Positions 21,193 through 29,614 of a stretch of 64,000 bases of DNA are shown here, in pieces. The stretch comes from an uncultured delta proteobacterium (GTDB lineage Bacteria; Myxococcota; UBA727; VGSZ01): positions 416,001 to 480,000 of the forward strand of contig CAVZJB010000011.1 of assembly GCA_963775425.1 (NCBI GenBank), written 5' to 3'. Both the position numbers and the translations under genes were made by a program. Under the pieces are notes generated by a model. The model was not told where the DNA came from and searched no databases. It saw only the letters and a list, made by a program, of their open reading frames with translations. The stretch's first letter is position 1. Every line of letters begins with the position of its first letter.

Positions 21193-22062
21193 ATGCCCCG
21201 CATCGCCAAGCACGACGTCAACGCCGCCCTCGACCGCATCGCGCAGAACATCCGCGACGCCGCGGGCAAGGACGGCATCACCTCGCGCAAGGACATCAAG
21301 GCCAAGCTGCAGACGATGTCCGGCACCGAGAAGCGCCTGACCGACATGTTCTATCGCTTCGTCGATCACCGCGACGCCAAGCCGGGGGCGCGCATCACCG
21401 GCTCCGACATCGCCCGCGGCTCCGACTACGCCAAGGAGCACCTGGTCGCCAAGTACGACGTCAACCACAATGGGCTCTCGCACGAAGAGATCGAGAGGAT
21501 GTCGGTGACGGGGCAGCTCGCGGTGAAGCTCGCCGCCGAGCTCAAGGGCGTGGAGCTGCCGAAGCCGACGCCGACCTCCGCGCTGGGCAAGCTGATCAAC
21601 GAGGCGGCCAAGGGCGCGGACTACATCAGCGAGAGCGACTCCACGCCCGCGTACGTGGAGACCCCGCTGCCGGCGGGGCAGGCCATCACGGGCGACCTCG
21701 TGATGCAGCGGTTCGCCACGCAGCTCGAGAAGGCCTTCTCGTGGGACGGCAGCCCCGTCGACCTCGCCGACTTCACCACCGAGGTGGCGTCGCCGGCGGA
21801 GTCCGCCAGGTTCTTCGACGACATGGTGGTCCCGTACGACCCCGGCGACCCGTTCATCGTCGACAACAGCAAGGCGTGGGCGAAGCTCAAGAAGGTCTTC
21901 GACGACAACATCACGGACCTCACCGTGGTGCGCGTCGGGCCCCGCGACGAAATGGACCGCACGAAGATGGCGCAGAGCCAGGGCGCCTACGAGTACTACC
22001 TCGTCGGCCGCAGCGCCGACGGCAAGCTCGCCGGCGTCACCTTCGAATCCGTCGAAACCTGA
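21193..22062 (+). CDS. Protein with N-terminal EF-hand-like region and C-terminal nuclease A inhibitor (NuiA)-like domain
   Basis: ATG after AAGGA; DVNHNGLSHEEI; YISESD...LKKVFDDNITDLTVVRVG...YLVGRSADGKLAGVTFESVET. Confidence 0.65.
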   Translation: MPRIAKHDVNAALDRIAQNIRDAAGKDGITSRKDIKAKLQTMSGTEKRLTDMFYRFVDHRDAKPGARITGSDIARGSDYAKEHLVAKYDVNHNGLSHEEIERMSVTGQLAVKLAAELKGVELPKPTPTSALGKLINEAAKGADYISESDSTPAYVETPLPAGQAITGDLVMQRFATQLEKAFSWDGSPVDLADFTTEVASPAESARFFDDMVVPYDPGDPFIVDNSKAWAKLKKVFDDNITDLTVVRVGPRDEMDRTKMAQSQGAYEYYLVGRSADGKLAGVTFESVET

Positions 22063-22099
22063 GCGCCGTGGCTCGCTCGTCCGCCGCCGGACAGGCGCG

Positions 22100-22873
22100 T
22101 CAGCGGGGGAGGGTCATGACCTCGGCGCCGTCGTCGGTGACGACGAGGGTGTGCTCGAACTGGGCGGAGAGCTTGTGGTCGCGGGTGACGGCGGTCCAGC
22201 CGTCGTCGAGGACCTCGACCTCGTAGGTGCCGACGTTGATCATGGGCTCGATGGTGAAGACCATGCCCTTGGCGAGACGCTCGCCCTTGCCGCGCCTGCC
22301 GTAGTGCGGGACCTGCGGCGCGGTGTGGAAGACCCGGCCGATGCCGTGCCCGACGAAGTCGCGCACGACCGAGAAGCCCTGGGCCTCCGCGTACTCCTGG
22401 ATGGCCGCGCCGATGTCACCGATGCGCGCCCCGGGACGGACCACGGCGATGCCGCGGCGCAGACACTCCTCGGTGACGTCGACGAGCTTCTTGGCGAGCG
22501 GCGACGGCGTCCCCGCGAAGAAGGTCTTGGACGTGTCGCCGTAGTAGCCGTCGACGATGGGCGTCACGTCGATGTTGATGATGTCGCCGTCCTTGAGCGT
22601 GAGCTTCTTGGTGGGGATGCCGTGGCAGACCACCTCGTTCACGGACGTGCAGATGGACTTGGGGAAGCCGTGGTAGTTGAGCGGGCCGTTCTTGTAGCCC
22701 CGCGCGCGGGTCCACTCGACGGCGGCGTCGTCGAGGTCGAGGGTGGTGACGCCCGGCTTCACCAGCGTGCCCAGGTAGGTCAGCATTTCGGACGCGCCTT
22801 TGCACGCCGTCCGCATGGCCTCGATCTCGGAGGCCGACATCAAGGTGATGGTGTCCCGGTTCTTCGCGTCCAT
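22100..22873 (-). CDS. map: Methionine aminopeptidase type I
   Basis: FPKSICTSVNEVVCHGIP, DIINIDVT, GYYGDTS, GHGIG, FTIEPMIN, SAQFEHT. Confidence 0.95.
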   Translation of the reverse strand: MDAKNRDTITLMSASEIEAMRTACKGASEMLTYLGTLVKPGVTTLDLDDAAVEWTRARGYKNGPLNYHGFPKSICTSVNEVVCHGIPTKKLTLKDGDIINIDVTPIVDGYYGDTSKTFFAGTPSPLAKKLVDVTEECLRRGIAVVRPGARIGDIGAAIQEYAEAQGFSVVRDFVGHGIGRVFHTAPQVPHYGRRGKGERLAKGMVFTIEPMINVGTYEVEVLDDGWTAVTRDHKLSAQFEHTLVVTDDGAEVMTLPR

Positions 22874-22933
22874 CCCGCATGTGTACCGTCTCGGAGGCGT
22901 TGCGAAAAGCGCTCCGTGCGGCAGCATCCCGGG

Positions 22934-24562
22934 ATGCGCGCGCGCATCGCTCTCGCCGCCTCCGTGGTGCTCTCTGTCGTCGTGGGCTGTCCGGCTCCGA
23001 AGTCCGTGAAAACGGGCTTCCGCGAGGCCCTGTTTCCCGCGGACTTCGCGTGGGGCACGGCCACCGCGGGCTGGCAGGTGGAGGGCGACAAGGGCGTGAA
23101 CGGCCCCGTCGACTCCAACTGGTCCCGCTGGATGGCCATGGGCAAGGCCAAGGGTGAGCAACAAAACCCCGACGGCAACGGCTTCTTCGACCAGTACGAC
23201 GGCGACGCCCAGCGCGCCGCCGACCTCGGCCTCGACTCGTTCCGGTTGAGCGCGGACTGGTCGCGCCTCGAGCCGCAGCCCGGCGTGTTCGACGACGACG
23301 AGCTCGATCACCTCGTCGACGTCCTCACGTCGCTCCGCTCGCACGGGCTCCGCCCGGTGCTCACGCTGTGGCACTGGACGGTGCCCACGTGGGTGCAGCA
23401 GCCCGACGGCAGCGACCCGGCCGGCAAGGTCGATCGCATGGCCACCGACGACCACACCGTCGTCGACGACTTCGACGCCTTCGTCCGCCACGTCATCCCG
23501 CGCGTGAAGGATCAGGTGGACACGTACACGGTGCTCAACGAGCCGCTCACCATGGTGGTCGTGGGCTACGTCGACGGACAGTTTCCGCCGGGCGCCGGCC
23601 TCGACTTCCACAAGGCCACGCAGTTCGGCGTGAACCTCATGTACATGCACGCCCGCGCCTACGACATCATCCACGAGCTCGACGACGTCGACGCCGACGG
23701 CGACGGCGTCCCCTGCAGCGCCGGCGTGACCATGACCGCCAACGACATCTACCCGGAGAACCCGGACTCCGCGCAGGAGCAGCTCGCCGCGGACAGCATG
23801 AACTACGTCTACAACGACTGGTTCCTGCAAGGGCTCGTCAACGGCGACGTCGACCTCGACCTCAACGGCTTCATCCAGGACAACGACGTCGCGGGCGACC
23901 CGGCGCTCAAGGGGCGGCTCGACTTCATCGGGGTCCAGTACTACGGCCCCGTGAAGGTGAAGGAGGAGCCGTTCCTCGACGACACCGCGCCGCTGTACGG
24001 GCTGCCGCTCACGGACGTGAAGGACTACACCGTGCCGGAGGAGACGCGGCTGCCGCACAACGGCATGGGCCGCGAGATCGCCGCGAGCGACTTCGCCGCC
24101 ACCCTCGACCACTACGCGACGTGGGGCCTCCCGCTCATCGTGACGGAGAACGGCACCACCACGAACCACCGGCCCCCCGACGACTACGCCACGCCCGACG
24201 TCCCCTTCGAGCCCGACGAGGACCAGGCCGCGATGTACCTCGTCACGCACATCTGGGAGGTCGGCCGCGCGCTCCACCGCGGCCTCGACATCCGCGGCTA
24301 TTTCCACTGGACCCTTGCGGACAACTTCGAGTGGGTCGAAGGCCGGCGGCAGCGCTTCGGCGCCTACTCCGTCGACTTCACGGACCCCACGTACCCGCGC
24401 ACCAAGACCAAGATGGGCCAGGCCCTCGAGGACATCGCGAAGGCCGGCGGGGTCACCGAGGACATCTGGAACCGCTACGTCCTCGACCGCTTCCCGACGG
24501 ACACCACGCACAAGGGCGTCGGCGCGACCACGAGCGAGCCCGTCGTCGGCGCCCTGAACTGA
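22934..24562 (+). CDS. Glycoside hydrolase family 1 lipoprotein
   Basis: VVVGC lipobox; FPADFAWGTATAGWQVEG; TVLNEP (acid/base); IVTENG (nucleophile); GYFHWTLADNFEW. Confidence 0.9.
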   Translation: MRARIALAASVVLSVVVGCPAPKSVKTGFREALFPADFAWGTATAGWQVEGDKGVNGPVDSNWSRWMAMGKAKGEQQNPDGNGFFDQYDGDAQRAADLGLDSFRLSADWSRLEPQPGVFDDDELDHLVDVLTSLRSHGLRPVLTLWHWTVPTWVQQPDGSDPAGKVDRMATDDHTVVDDFDAFVRHVIPRVKDQVDTYTVLNEPLTMVVVGYVDGQFPPGAGLDFHKATQFGVNLMYMHARAYDIIHELDDVDADGDGVPCSAGVTMTANDIYPENPDSAQEQLAADSMNYVYNDWFLQGLVNGDVDLDLNGFIQDNDVAGDPALKGRLDFIGVQYYGPVKVKEEPFLDDTAPLYGLPLTDVKDYTVPEETRLPHNGMGREIAASDFAATLDHYATWGLPLIVTENGTTTNHRPPDDYATPDVPFEPDEDQAAMYLVTHIWEVGRALHRGLDIRGYFHWTLADNFEWVEGRRQRFGAYSVDFTDPTYPRTKTKMGQALEDIAKAGGVTEDIWNRYVLDRFPTDTTHKGVGATTSEPVVGALN

Positions 24563-24577
24563 ACGGGCTCGGCCGGG

Positions 24578-25279
24578 TCAGTCCTCGAGATACCGCGGCA
24601 GCTCCGCCACCGGCGTCTCCCGGGGGGCCTCGCGGAGGAAGCGGGCGAGGGCGCGCTCGATGGCGTCGAGGCCGTGGCCGTCCTCAACGAGGCCCATGAG
24701 CTCCTCGAGCACGTCGTCGGGCGACGCCGCGCGGCCGGAGGCCAGGAAAGCGTGGGCGAGCTCGGCGATCCCGCGGGTCCCCGGGGCCGCCCGCGGCGCC
24801 GGGGCCGCCCGCGGCGCCGGTGTCGCCCGGGCCCCAGGCGCCGCAGGCGCAGGCGCAGGCGCAGGAGGGAGCGTGCGGGCGCGGGCGTCGGCCCCGCGCG
24901 GCGTCAGGCGGTAGAGGGTGCCCGCGCGGCTGCGATCGACGAGGGCGACGCAGCCCTTGTCCACGAGCCCGGCCAGGGCCTTGCCGAGGCGGAGCTGGCT
25001 CATGCGCACCCGGCGCTCGAGCTCCGCCCGGGACACCCGGCAGCAGTCCAGCTCCGCCGCCGCCGCCAGCCGCCACAGGTGCAGGAACACCGCGAATTCC
25101 TCGGGCTCCAGGCCCAGCGCGAGCCGGTCGAAGACGTCGAGGGGCACGGCGACGAAGTCCCGGTGCACCACCAGGCGCTTCGGGGCCGCCGCGGGCTCCT
25201 TGCGCAGGGCAGCGCTCCCCGGGATGGCCGTGTAGCCTGACCGGTGGGTTTTCACACCCCATGAATACCATGGGGTCAT
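24578..25279 (-). CDS. Winged-HTH hypothetical protein
   Basis: FAVFLHLWRL...CRVSRAELERRVRMSQLRLGKALAGLVDKG...GTLYRL; start uncertain. Confidence 0.55.
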   Translation of the reverse strand: MTPWYSWGVKTHRSGYTAIPGSAALRKEPAAAPKRLVVHRDFVAVPLDVFDRLALGLEPEEFAVFLHLWRLAAAAELDCCRVSRAELERRVRMSQLRLGKALAGLVDKGCVALVDRSRAGTLYRLTPRGADARARTLPPAPAPAPAAPGARATPAPRAAPAPRAAPGTRGIAELAHAFLASGRAASPDDVLEELMGLVEDGHGLDAIERALARFLREAPRETPVAELPRYLED

Positions 25280-25306
25280 CGGCGCACAAGGCGCCGCGGG
25301 GGCCGC

Positions 25307-26101
25307 TCAGAACGCGAAGTAGTCGCGCTCCTGGACTTCGTACATGTAGACGTTCTCGACGCCGATGAGGAAGGCCTCGGAGAGCGGCCGTTCGATCTCG
25401 CGGATGGCCTTGCCGGCGCCGCCCGCCTTGAGGGCCGCGTACTGGCCCCGGGCGCCCTTGCCGTGAAACCGCGCGGCCGCCTGGTTCAATGCCTGCGGCG
25501 ACGAGCCGTCGGGGGCGCGGACCAGGGCCTCCTGGATGTGGATGTCCGGGTCGACCGCCAGCGCGACCTCGTAGTTGCCGCCCTTGAAGCCCGGGAGCTT
25601 GGTGAACACGACATAGCCGACCTTCTTGTCCGGCTTGAGCTTGTCGCGCTCCTTGGCGTTCCTGGCCGACACGAAGGCGAGGCCTTTGTGTCCCATCTTG
25701 AAGAGGGTGAACACGCGGAGGTCCGCGAGCGCCGACGACGCGATCCTGGCCTGGTCGGTGAGCCGCTTCTGCGCGTTTTCGTCGAGCTTCTCGTCGGAGA
25801 CGAGCACGGTGTCCGCGCCCATCAAGAGGTCCTGGAGGTCCGTGTTCTTCGCCTTCAGCGCCGCCAGCACGTCCCACCGGTCGAGGATGTTGTCCGAGGT
25901 GACGCGCGGGAAGTCGCGCTTGCCGCTTCGGATGAGGGCGACCGCCTCGTCATCGGACACCGCGTTCAGCCAGGCGCCGTCGACGCGCGCCTCGGCGCCG
26001 GCCTTCTCGAGCAGCTTCTGGCCGTGGAGGACGTCGCCGACCAGCGGCTGCTCCTCGGCGACGGGGACGGCGAGGGCGAGGGCGAGGGCGAGCAACATCA
26101 C
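25307..26101 (-). CDS. Secreted protein with cytochrome c-like N-terminus lacking CxxCH and FMN-binding-like C-terminus
   Basis: Signal peptide; GDVLHGQKLL...SDDEAVALIRSG...DRWDVLAALK; GYVVFTKLPGFKGGNYEVALAVD. Confidence 0.5.
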   Translation of the reverse strand: MMLLALALALAVPVAEEQPLVGDVLHGQKLLEKAGAEARVDGAWLNAVSDDEAVALIRSGKRDFPRVTSDNILDRWDVLAALKAKNTDLQDLLMGADTVLVSDEKLDENAQKRLTDQARIASSALADLRVFTLFKMGHKGLAFVSARNAKERDKLKPDKKVGYVVFTKLPGFKGGNYEVALAVDPDIHIQEALVRAPDGSSPQALNQAAARFHGKGARGQYAALKAGGAGKAIREIERPLSEAFLIGVENVYMYEVQERDYFAF

Positions 26102-26970
26102 TTCTTCCCCAGGATGCGGCGGCCGCCGTGGGCGGCTTCGGCGTCGGCAGTGTTCTTTTGCTCCTCGTCGAAGTCCGGCGGCGGCCAGACCCCGACGTGC
26201 AGCGGGAAGCTCACGTCGAAGCTCTTGTGCCTGAGCGTGGTCCCCGCGACCGCGATCTCGTACTTGCCGTTGTTCTGCGGCGTCATGTGAAAGCCGTAGC
26301 GCCCGGGCGCGTCGAGCGGGTGGAGCGCGTAGCGGAGCTTTGCCCCACGCCCCGGCGCAGACACCGTGGCCACGAGCCCCTCGATGTCCCGCTGCGGCAT
26401 CAGCTTGCCGTAGCGCGGGTCCGCCACCTCGAGCTTCTCGTTGATGTCGACGCGAACGGCGATCAGGCCGTCCTTGTGGACGGCGCCGGGCTCGATGGCG
26501 AACGACAGCGCCAACGCCCCGGACTCGCGCGTGATCTGGCGGACCTTCTTGGCGGCGGCGAGCTGCTGGTCACGGACCTCGAGGCGGTGGCGCTCCTGGT
26601 CGGCCTTCTTCTGCTCCTTCAGCTTCCTTTCGGACTCCGCCTTCTTCTTCTCCGCCTCCTCGGCGGCCTTCTCGGCCTTGTCCTTGGCCTCGGCGTCCTT
26701 GGCCTGCCGCGCCTTCTCCTCGGGGCTCTCCTCGAGGATGTCGCCGCCGGCGGGCTTCTTTTTGTCCTTCTTGTCGTCCTTCTTCTTGTCGTCCTTCTTC
26801 TTGTCCTCTTTTTTCTTGGCCGCCGGCGCCGGCGCCGTCGACGGAGGCGGGCCGGCGTCGGTGGGCTCGTCGGAGGGAGCGCCGATGATGTGGCGCTGGG
26901 CGAGGGCGGCCGGGGCGACGATGCCGGCGACGACGAGGGCGAAGAGGGCGGCGGAGGCGAGACGTTTCAT
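26098..26970 (-). CDS. Secreted hypothetical protein (Lys/Asp-rich linker, coiled coil, Ig-like C-terminal domain)
   Basis: MKRLASAALFALVVAG signal; KKKEDKKKDD repeats; HPLDAPGRYGFHMTP. Confidence 0.65.
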   Translation of the reverse strand: MKRLASAALFALVVAGIVAPAALAQRHIIGAPSDEPTDAGPPPSTAPAPAAKKKEDKKKDDKKKDDKKDKKKPAGGDILEESPEEKARQAKDAEAKDKAEKAAEEAEKKKAESERKLKEQKKADQERHRLEVRDQQLAAAKKVRQITRESGALALSFAIEPGAVHKDGLIAVRVDINEKLEVADPRYGKLMPQRDIEGLVATVSAPGRGAKLRYALHPLDAPGRYGFHMTPQNNGKYEIAVAGTTLRHKSFDVSFPLHVGVWPPPDFDEEQKNTADAEAAHGGRRILGKK

Positions 26971-26977
26971 CGGGACC

Positions 26978-27829
26978 TCACTGGCAGGTGGACGACGCAC
27001 GCGCGTCTTCCATCGCGAAGCGCACCGCGAAGCCCTCCGGGGAGCGGGCGAGGAAGTAGGGGCGGCCGTTGACGAAGAGGTAGGGGGTGAACTCGACGCC
27101 GAGGCGCTTGCCCTCGGCCTGGCTCGCGTCGACCTTGTTCACCACGGCGGGGTCCTTCATGTCCTTCATGAAGCGATCGACGTCGAGGCCGAGGGCCTTG
27201 GCGTGGCCCTTCAACAGGTCGTCGGACAGGAGGTCCTGGGTGGCGAAGATGGCGTCGTGCATCTGCCAGAACTTGCCCTGGCGGCCCGCGGCCTCGGCGG
27301 CGATGGCGGCGGTCCGGGCCATGGCGTGGAACGGCAGGGGGTAGTGCTTGTACACGAGCTTCACGTCGGGGTGCTGCTTCACGAGCTCGTCGAGGAGGGG
27401 GGCGGCCGCGCGGCAGTGTTGGCACTCGAAGTCCGCGTACTCGACGACGGTGTACTTGGGGTTGCTCGATCCCTTCCAGGCGTAGCCCTTGGTCTCGATG
27501 CTCTTCTTCTTGCCGGCGAAGCCCCCCGTGAGCTCCCGGGTGACGGACTCCTGGAGCTGGTCCGGCGTGACGCCGTCTTCCAGGTTCCGGACGATCCAGC
27601 GACCGAGGAGGACGGCAGGCTTGCAGTGCGTGCCCTCCTGGAGGCACTGGCCGAAGCTCTTCGGGCAGTCGCAGGGGCAGATCTCGTCGTTGGCGACCTT
27701 GGCGAAGAAGGCCTTGCCGACGGGGTCGAGGCGGCTGGTGTCGACAGCGGGGAAAGAGGTGAGCGAAGAGACGGCCCTTTCGTCCGGGGCCGCCACGGCC
27801 AGTAGCGCGAGGATCACAAGCTTCGACAT
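26978..27829 (-). CDS. DsbA/thioredoxin-domain periplasmic protein
   Basis: EYADFECQHC, KHYPLPFH, QGKFWQMHD, GVEFTPYLFVNG; N-terminal CPCDC..C..C. Confidence 0.85.
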   Translation of the reverse strand: MSKLVILALLAVAAPDERAVSSLTSFPAVDTSRLDPVGKAFFAKVANDEICPCDCPKSFGQCLQEGTHCKPAVLLGRWIVRNLEDGVTPDQLQESVTRELTGGFAGKKKSIETKGYAWKGSSNPKYTVVEYADFECQHCRAAAPLLDELVKQHPDVKLVYKHYPLPFHAMARTAAIAAEAAGRQGKFWQMHDAIFATQDLLSDDLLKGHAKALGLDVDRFMKDMKDPAVVNKVDASQAEGKRLGVEFTPYLFVNGRPYFLARSPEGFAVRFAMEDARASSTCQ

Positions 27830-27930
27830 GTGCGGGGTCCTATCACCCGAAACGTCCGACGGCGAGGCACGTTGCCGGGTCCCTTGCGCCTCGGTGGGAG
27901 TGTTCCGTATCGTCGAAGCCGCTGCGATCC

Positions 27931-28884
27931 ATGGCGAAAAGCGAATTCGGCGATGACTATGAGAAGACCACTGTCCTTGGCGTCAAGGACATTGAGATCT
28001 TCACGCCTGGAAAATCAGGTGCGCGCTCCGCGTACCTGATCGTCATCAACGGAAAATCCGTCGGCAAGATGTTCAAGCTGTCGGCGGACACCGTCGTCAT
28101 CGGCCGCGCGCCCACCAACGAGATCCTCATCGACGACGAGGGCGTGTCCCGCAAGCACGCCTACGTCGAGCGCGCCGCCGCCGGCCTCGTGCTCGTCGAC
28201 GGCGAGATGATGGCGGGCGGGGGCATCAAGCCGTCCACCAACGGCGTCTTCGTCAACGGCGCCCGCGTGGAGCGCCACCTGCTCGCCGACGGCGACAAGG
28301 TGCAGCTCGGCTCGTCCACCATCCTCAAGTTCTCGTTCCAGGACGAGGTCGAGGAGCGGGCCCAGAAGCAGATCTACGAGATGGCCACGCGCGACGGCCT
28401 CACCGCCGCGTACAACAAGAAGTACTTCGCGGACCAGCTCAAGACCGACTTCGCGTTCTACCACCGGCACATCGAGCGCCCGCTCAGCCTCGTGCTGTTC
28501 GACATCGACTTCTTCAAGAAGCTGAACGACGGCTTCGGTCACCAGGCGGGCGACTACGTGCTGAAGAGCCTCGCCGCCATCGTCCAGAAGGCGCTGCGCA
28601 CCGAGGACATCTTCGCCCGCTACGGCGGCGAGGAGTTCGGCATCATCCTGCGCGACACCGACGGCGAGAAGGCCTACATCATCTGCGAGCGCATCCGCCG
28701 CAGCATCGAGAACTTCCAGTTCACCTACGACGGCAAGCGCCTCCCGGTCACCATCTCCATGGGCGTCGCCACCCTCGCGTCGCAGAACTACCAGAACCCC
28801 AAGGCGCTGGTGAAGGCCGCCGACGAGTACCTGTACGCGGCCAAGCACAACGGCCGAAACCGCACCGAGAGCGCCCTCATTTGA
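27931..28884 (+). CDS. FHA-domain diguanylate cyclase
   Basis: IGRA..VSRKHA..STNGVFVNG (FHA); DIDFFKKLND, RTED I-site, ARYGGEEF. Confidence 0.9.
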   Translation: MAKSEFGDDYEKTTVLGVKDIEIFTPGKSGARSAYLIVINGKSVGKMFKLSADTVVIGRAPTNEILIDDEGVSRKHAYVERAAAGLVLVDGEMMAGGGIKPSTNGVFVNGARVERHLLADGDKVQLGSSTILKFSFQDEVEERAQKQIYEMATRDGLTAAYNKKYFADQLKTDFAFYHRHIERPLSLVLFDIDFFKKLNDGFGHQAGDYVLKSLAAIVQKALRTEDIFARYGGEEFGIILRDTDGEKAYIICERIRRSIENFQFTYDGKRLPVTISMGVATLASQNYQNPKALVKAADEYLYAAKHNGRNRTESALI

Positions 28885-29537
28885 TGCGCGCCGCCGCGGC
28901 GCTGGTCTCCCTCGCGCTGCTCGGGTGCGCGCCCGCGGGCGAAAGGGAGCGCGACGCGGGCGAGGGCGGCGAGGGCGAGGGCGAGGGCGAGGGCGAGGGC
29001 GACGCGCCGACGCCGTGCACCGGCGACCCGGACTGCGGCATCGACGAGCTGTGCTTCGCCGACGCGCGCTGCGGCGGCGCCTGCGTCCCGCTCCTCGACG
29101 AGGGCGCGGCGTGCGACGCCGGCGGCCCGCTGAACGCCACCTGCCAGGTCGTCGCGGGCGCGTGCGCCGCCGGCCTGAGCTGCGTCGCCCTGGACGTCGC
29201 CGACCTCTGCATCGTGCCCGGCGTCGTCGGCGCACCCTGCACCGGCGGCGCCGACTGCGACAGCGGCATCTGCGGCACGAGCGGGCTCGGTGAGCCGCTG
29301 CGCTGCGCTCCGAACGACTGCGCGCACGACGGCGACTGCGTCGACGGCGACGTCTGCATGACGCAGCGCGACTGTGGTCGCACCTGCGTCCCGCCCGCTC
29401 CGTTCGCGGCGCAGTGCAGCTACTTCGTGCAGCCCGAGGACGCGTCGTGCGTCGAGACGCGCGCGTGCGCCGCCGGCCTCGAGTGCGTCACGACCACAGG
29501 CGTCGACTCCGCGATCGGCTCCTGCGCGCTCCCGTAG
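28884..29537 (+). CDS. Cys-rich lipoprotein with (GE)n linker
   Basis: LALLGC lipobox; GEGGEGEGEGEGEG; dense Cys modules; start overlaps DGC stop (TGATG). Confidence 0.75.
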   Translation: MRAAAALVSLALLGCAPAGERERDAGEGGEGEGEGEGEGDAPTPCTGDPDCGIDELCFADARCGGACVPLLDEGAACDAGGPLNATCQVVAGACAAGLSCVALDVADLCIVPGVVGAPCTGGADCDSGICGTSGLGEPLRCAPNDCAHDGDCVDGDVCMTQRDCGRTCVPPAPFAAQCSYFVQPEDASCVETRACAAGLECVTTTGVDSAIGSCALP

Positions 29538-29538
29538 C

Positions 29539-29614
29539 GAGCGGCCGCGGTCAATTGCGACCGGAGGGAGCGGCCGCGGTCAATTGCGACCGGAGGGAGC
29601 GGCCGCGTTCAATT
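29539..29614. repeat. Tandem 29-bp REP-like repeat (2 full + 1 partial copy)
   Basis: GAGCGGCCGCGGTCAATTGCGACCGGAGG at 29539-29567 and 29568-29596, partial at 29597-29614. Confidence 0.85.

Noticed and set aside
24578-25279. Possible plasmid/phage replication initiator marking a mobile element
   Set aside because: Only a generic wHTH; no integrase, iterons, att sites or phage genes nearby
29539-29614. Possible mini CRISPR array
   Set aside because: Repeats are directly adjacent with no spacers and there are no cas genes
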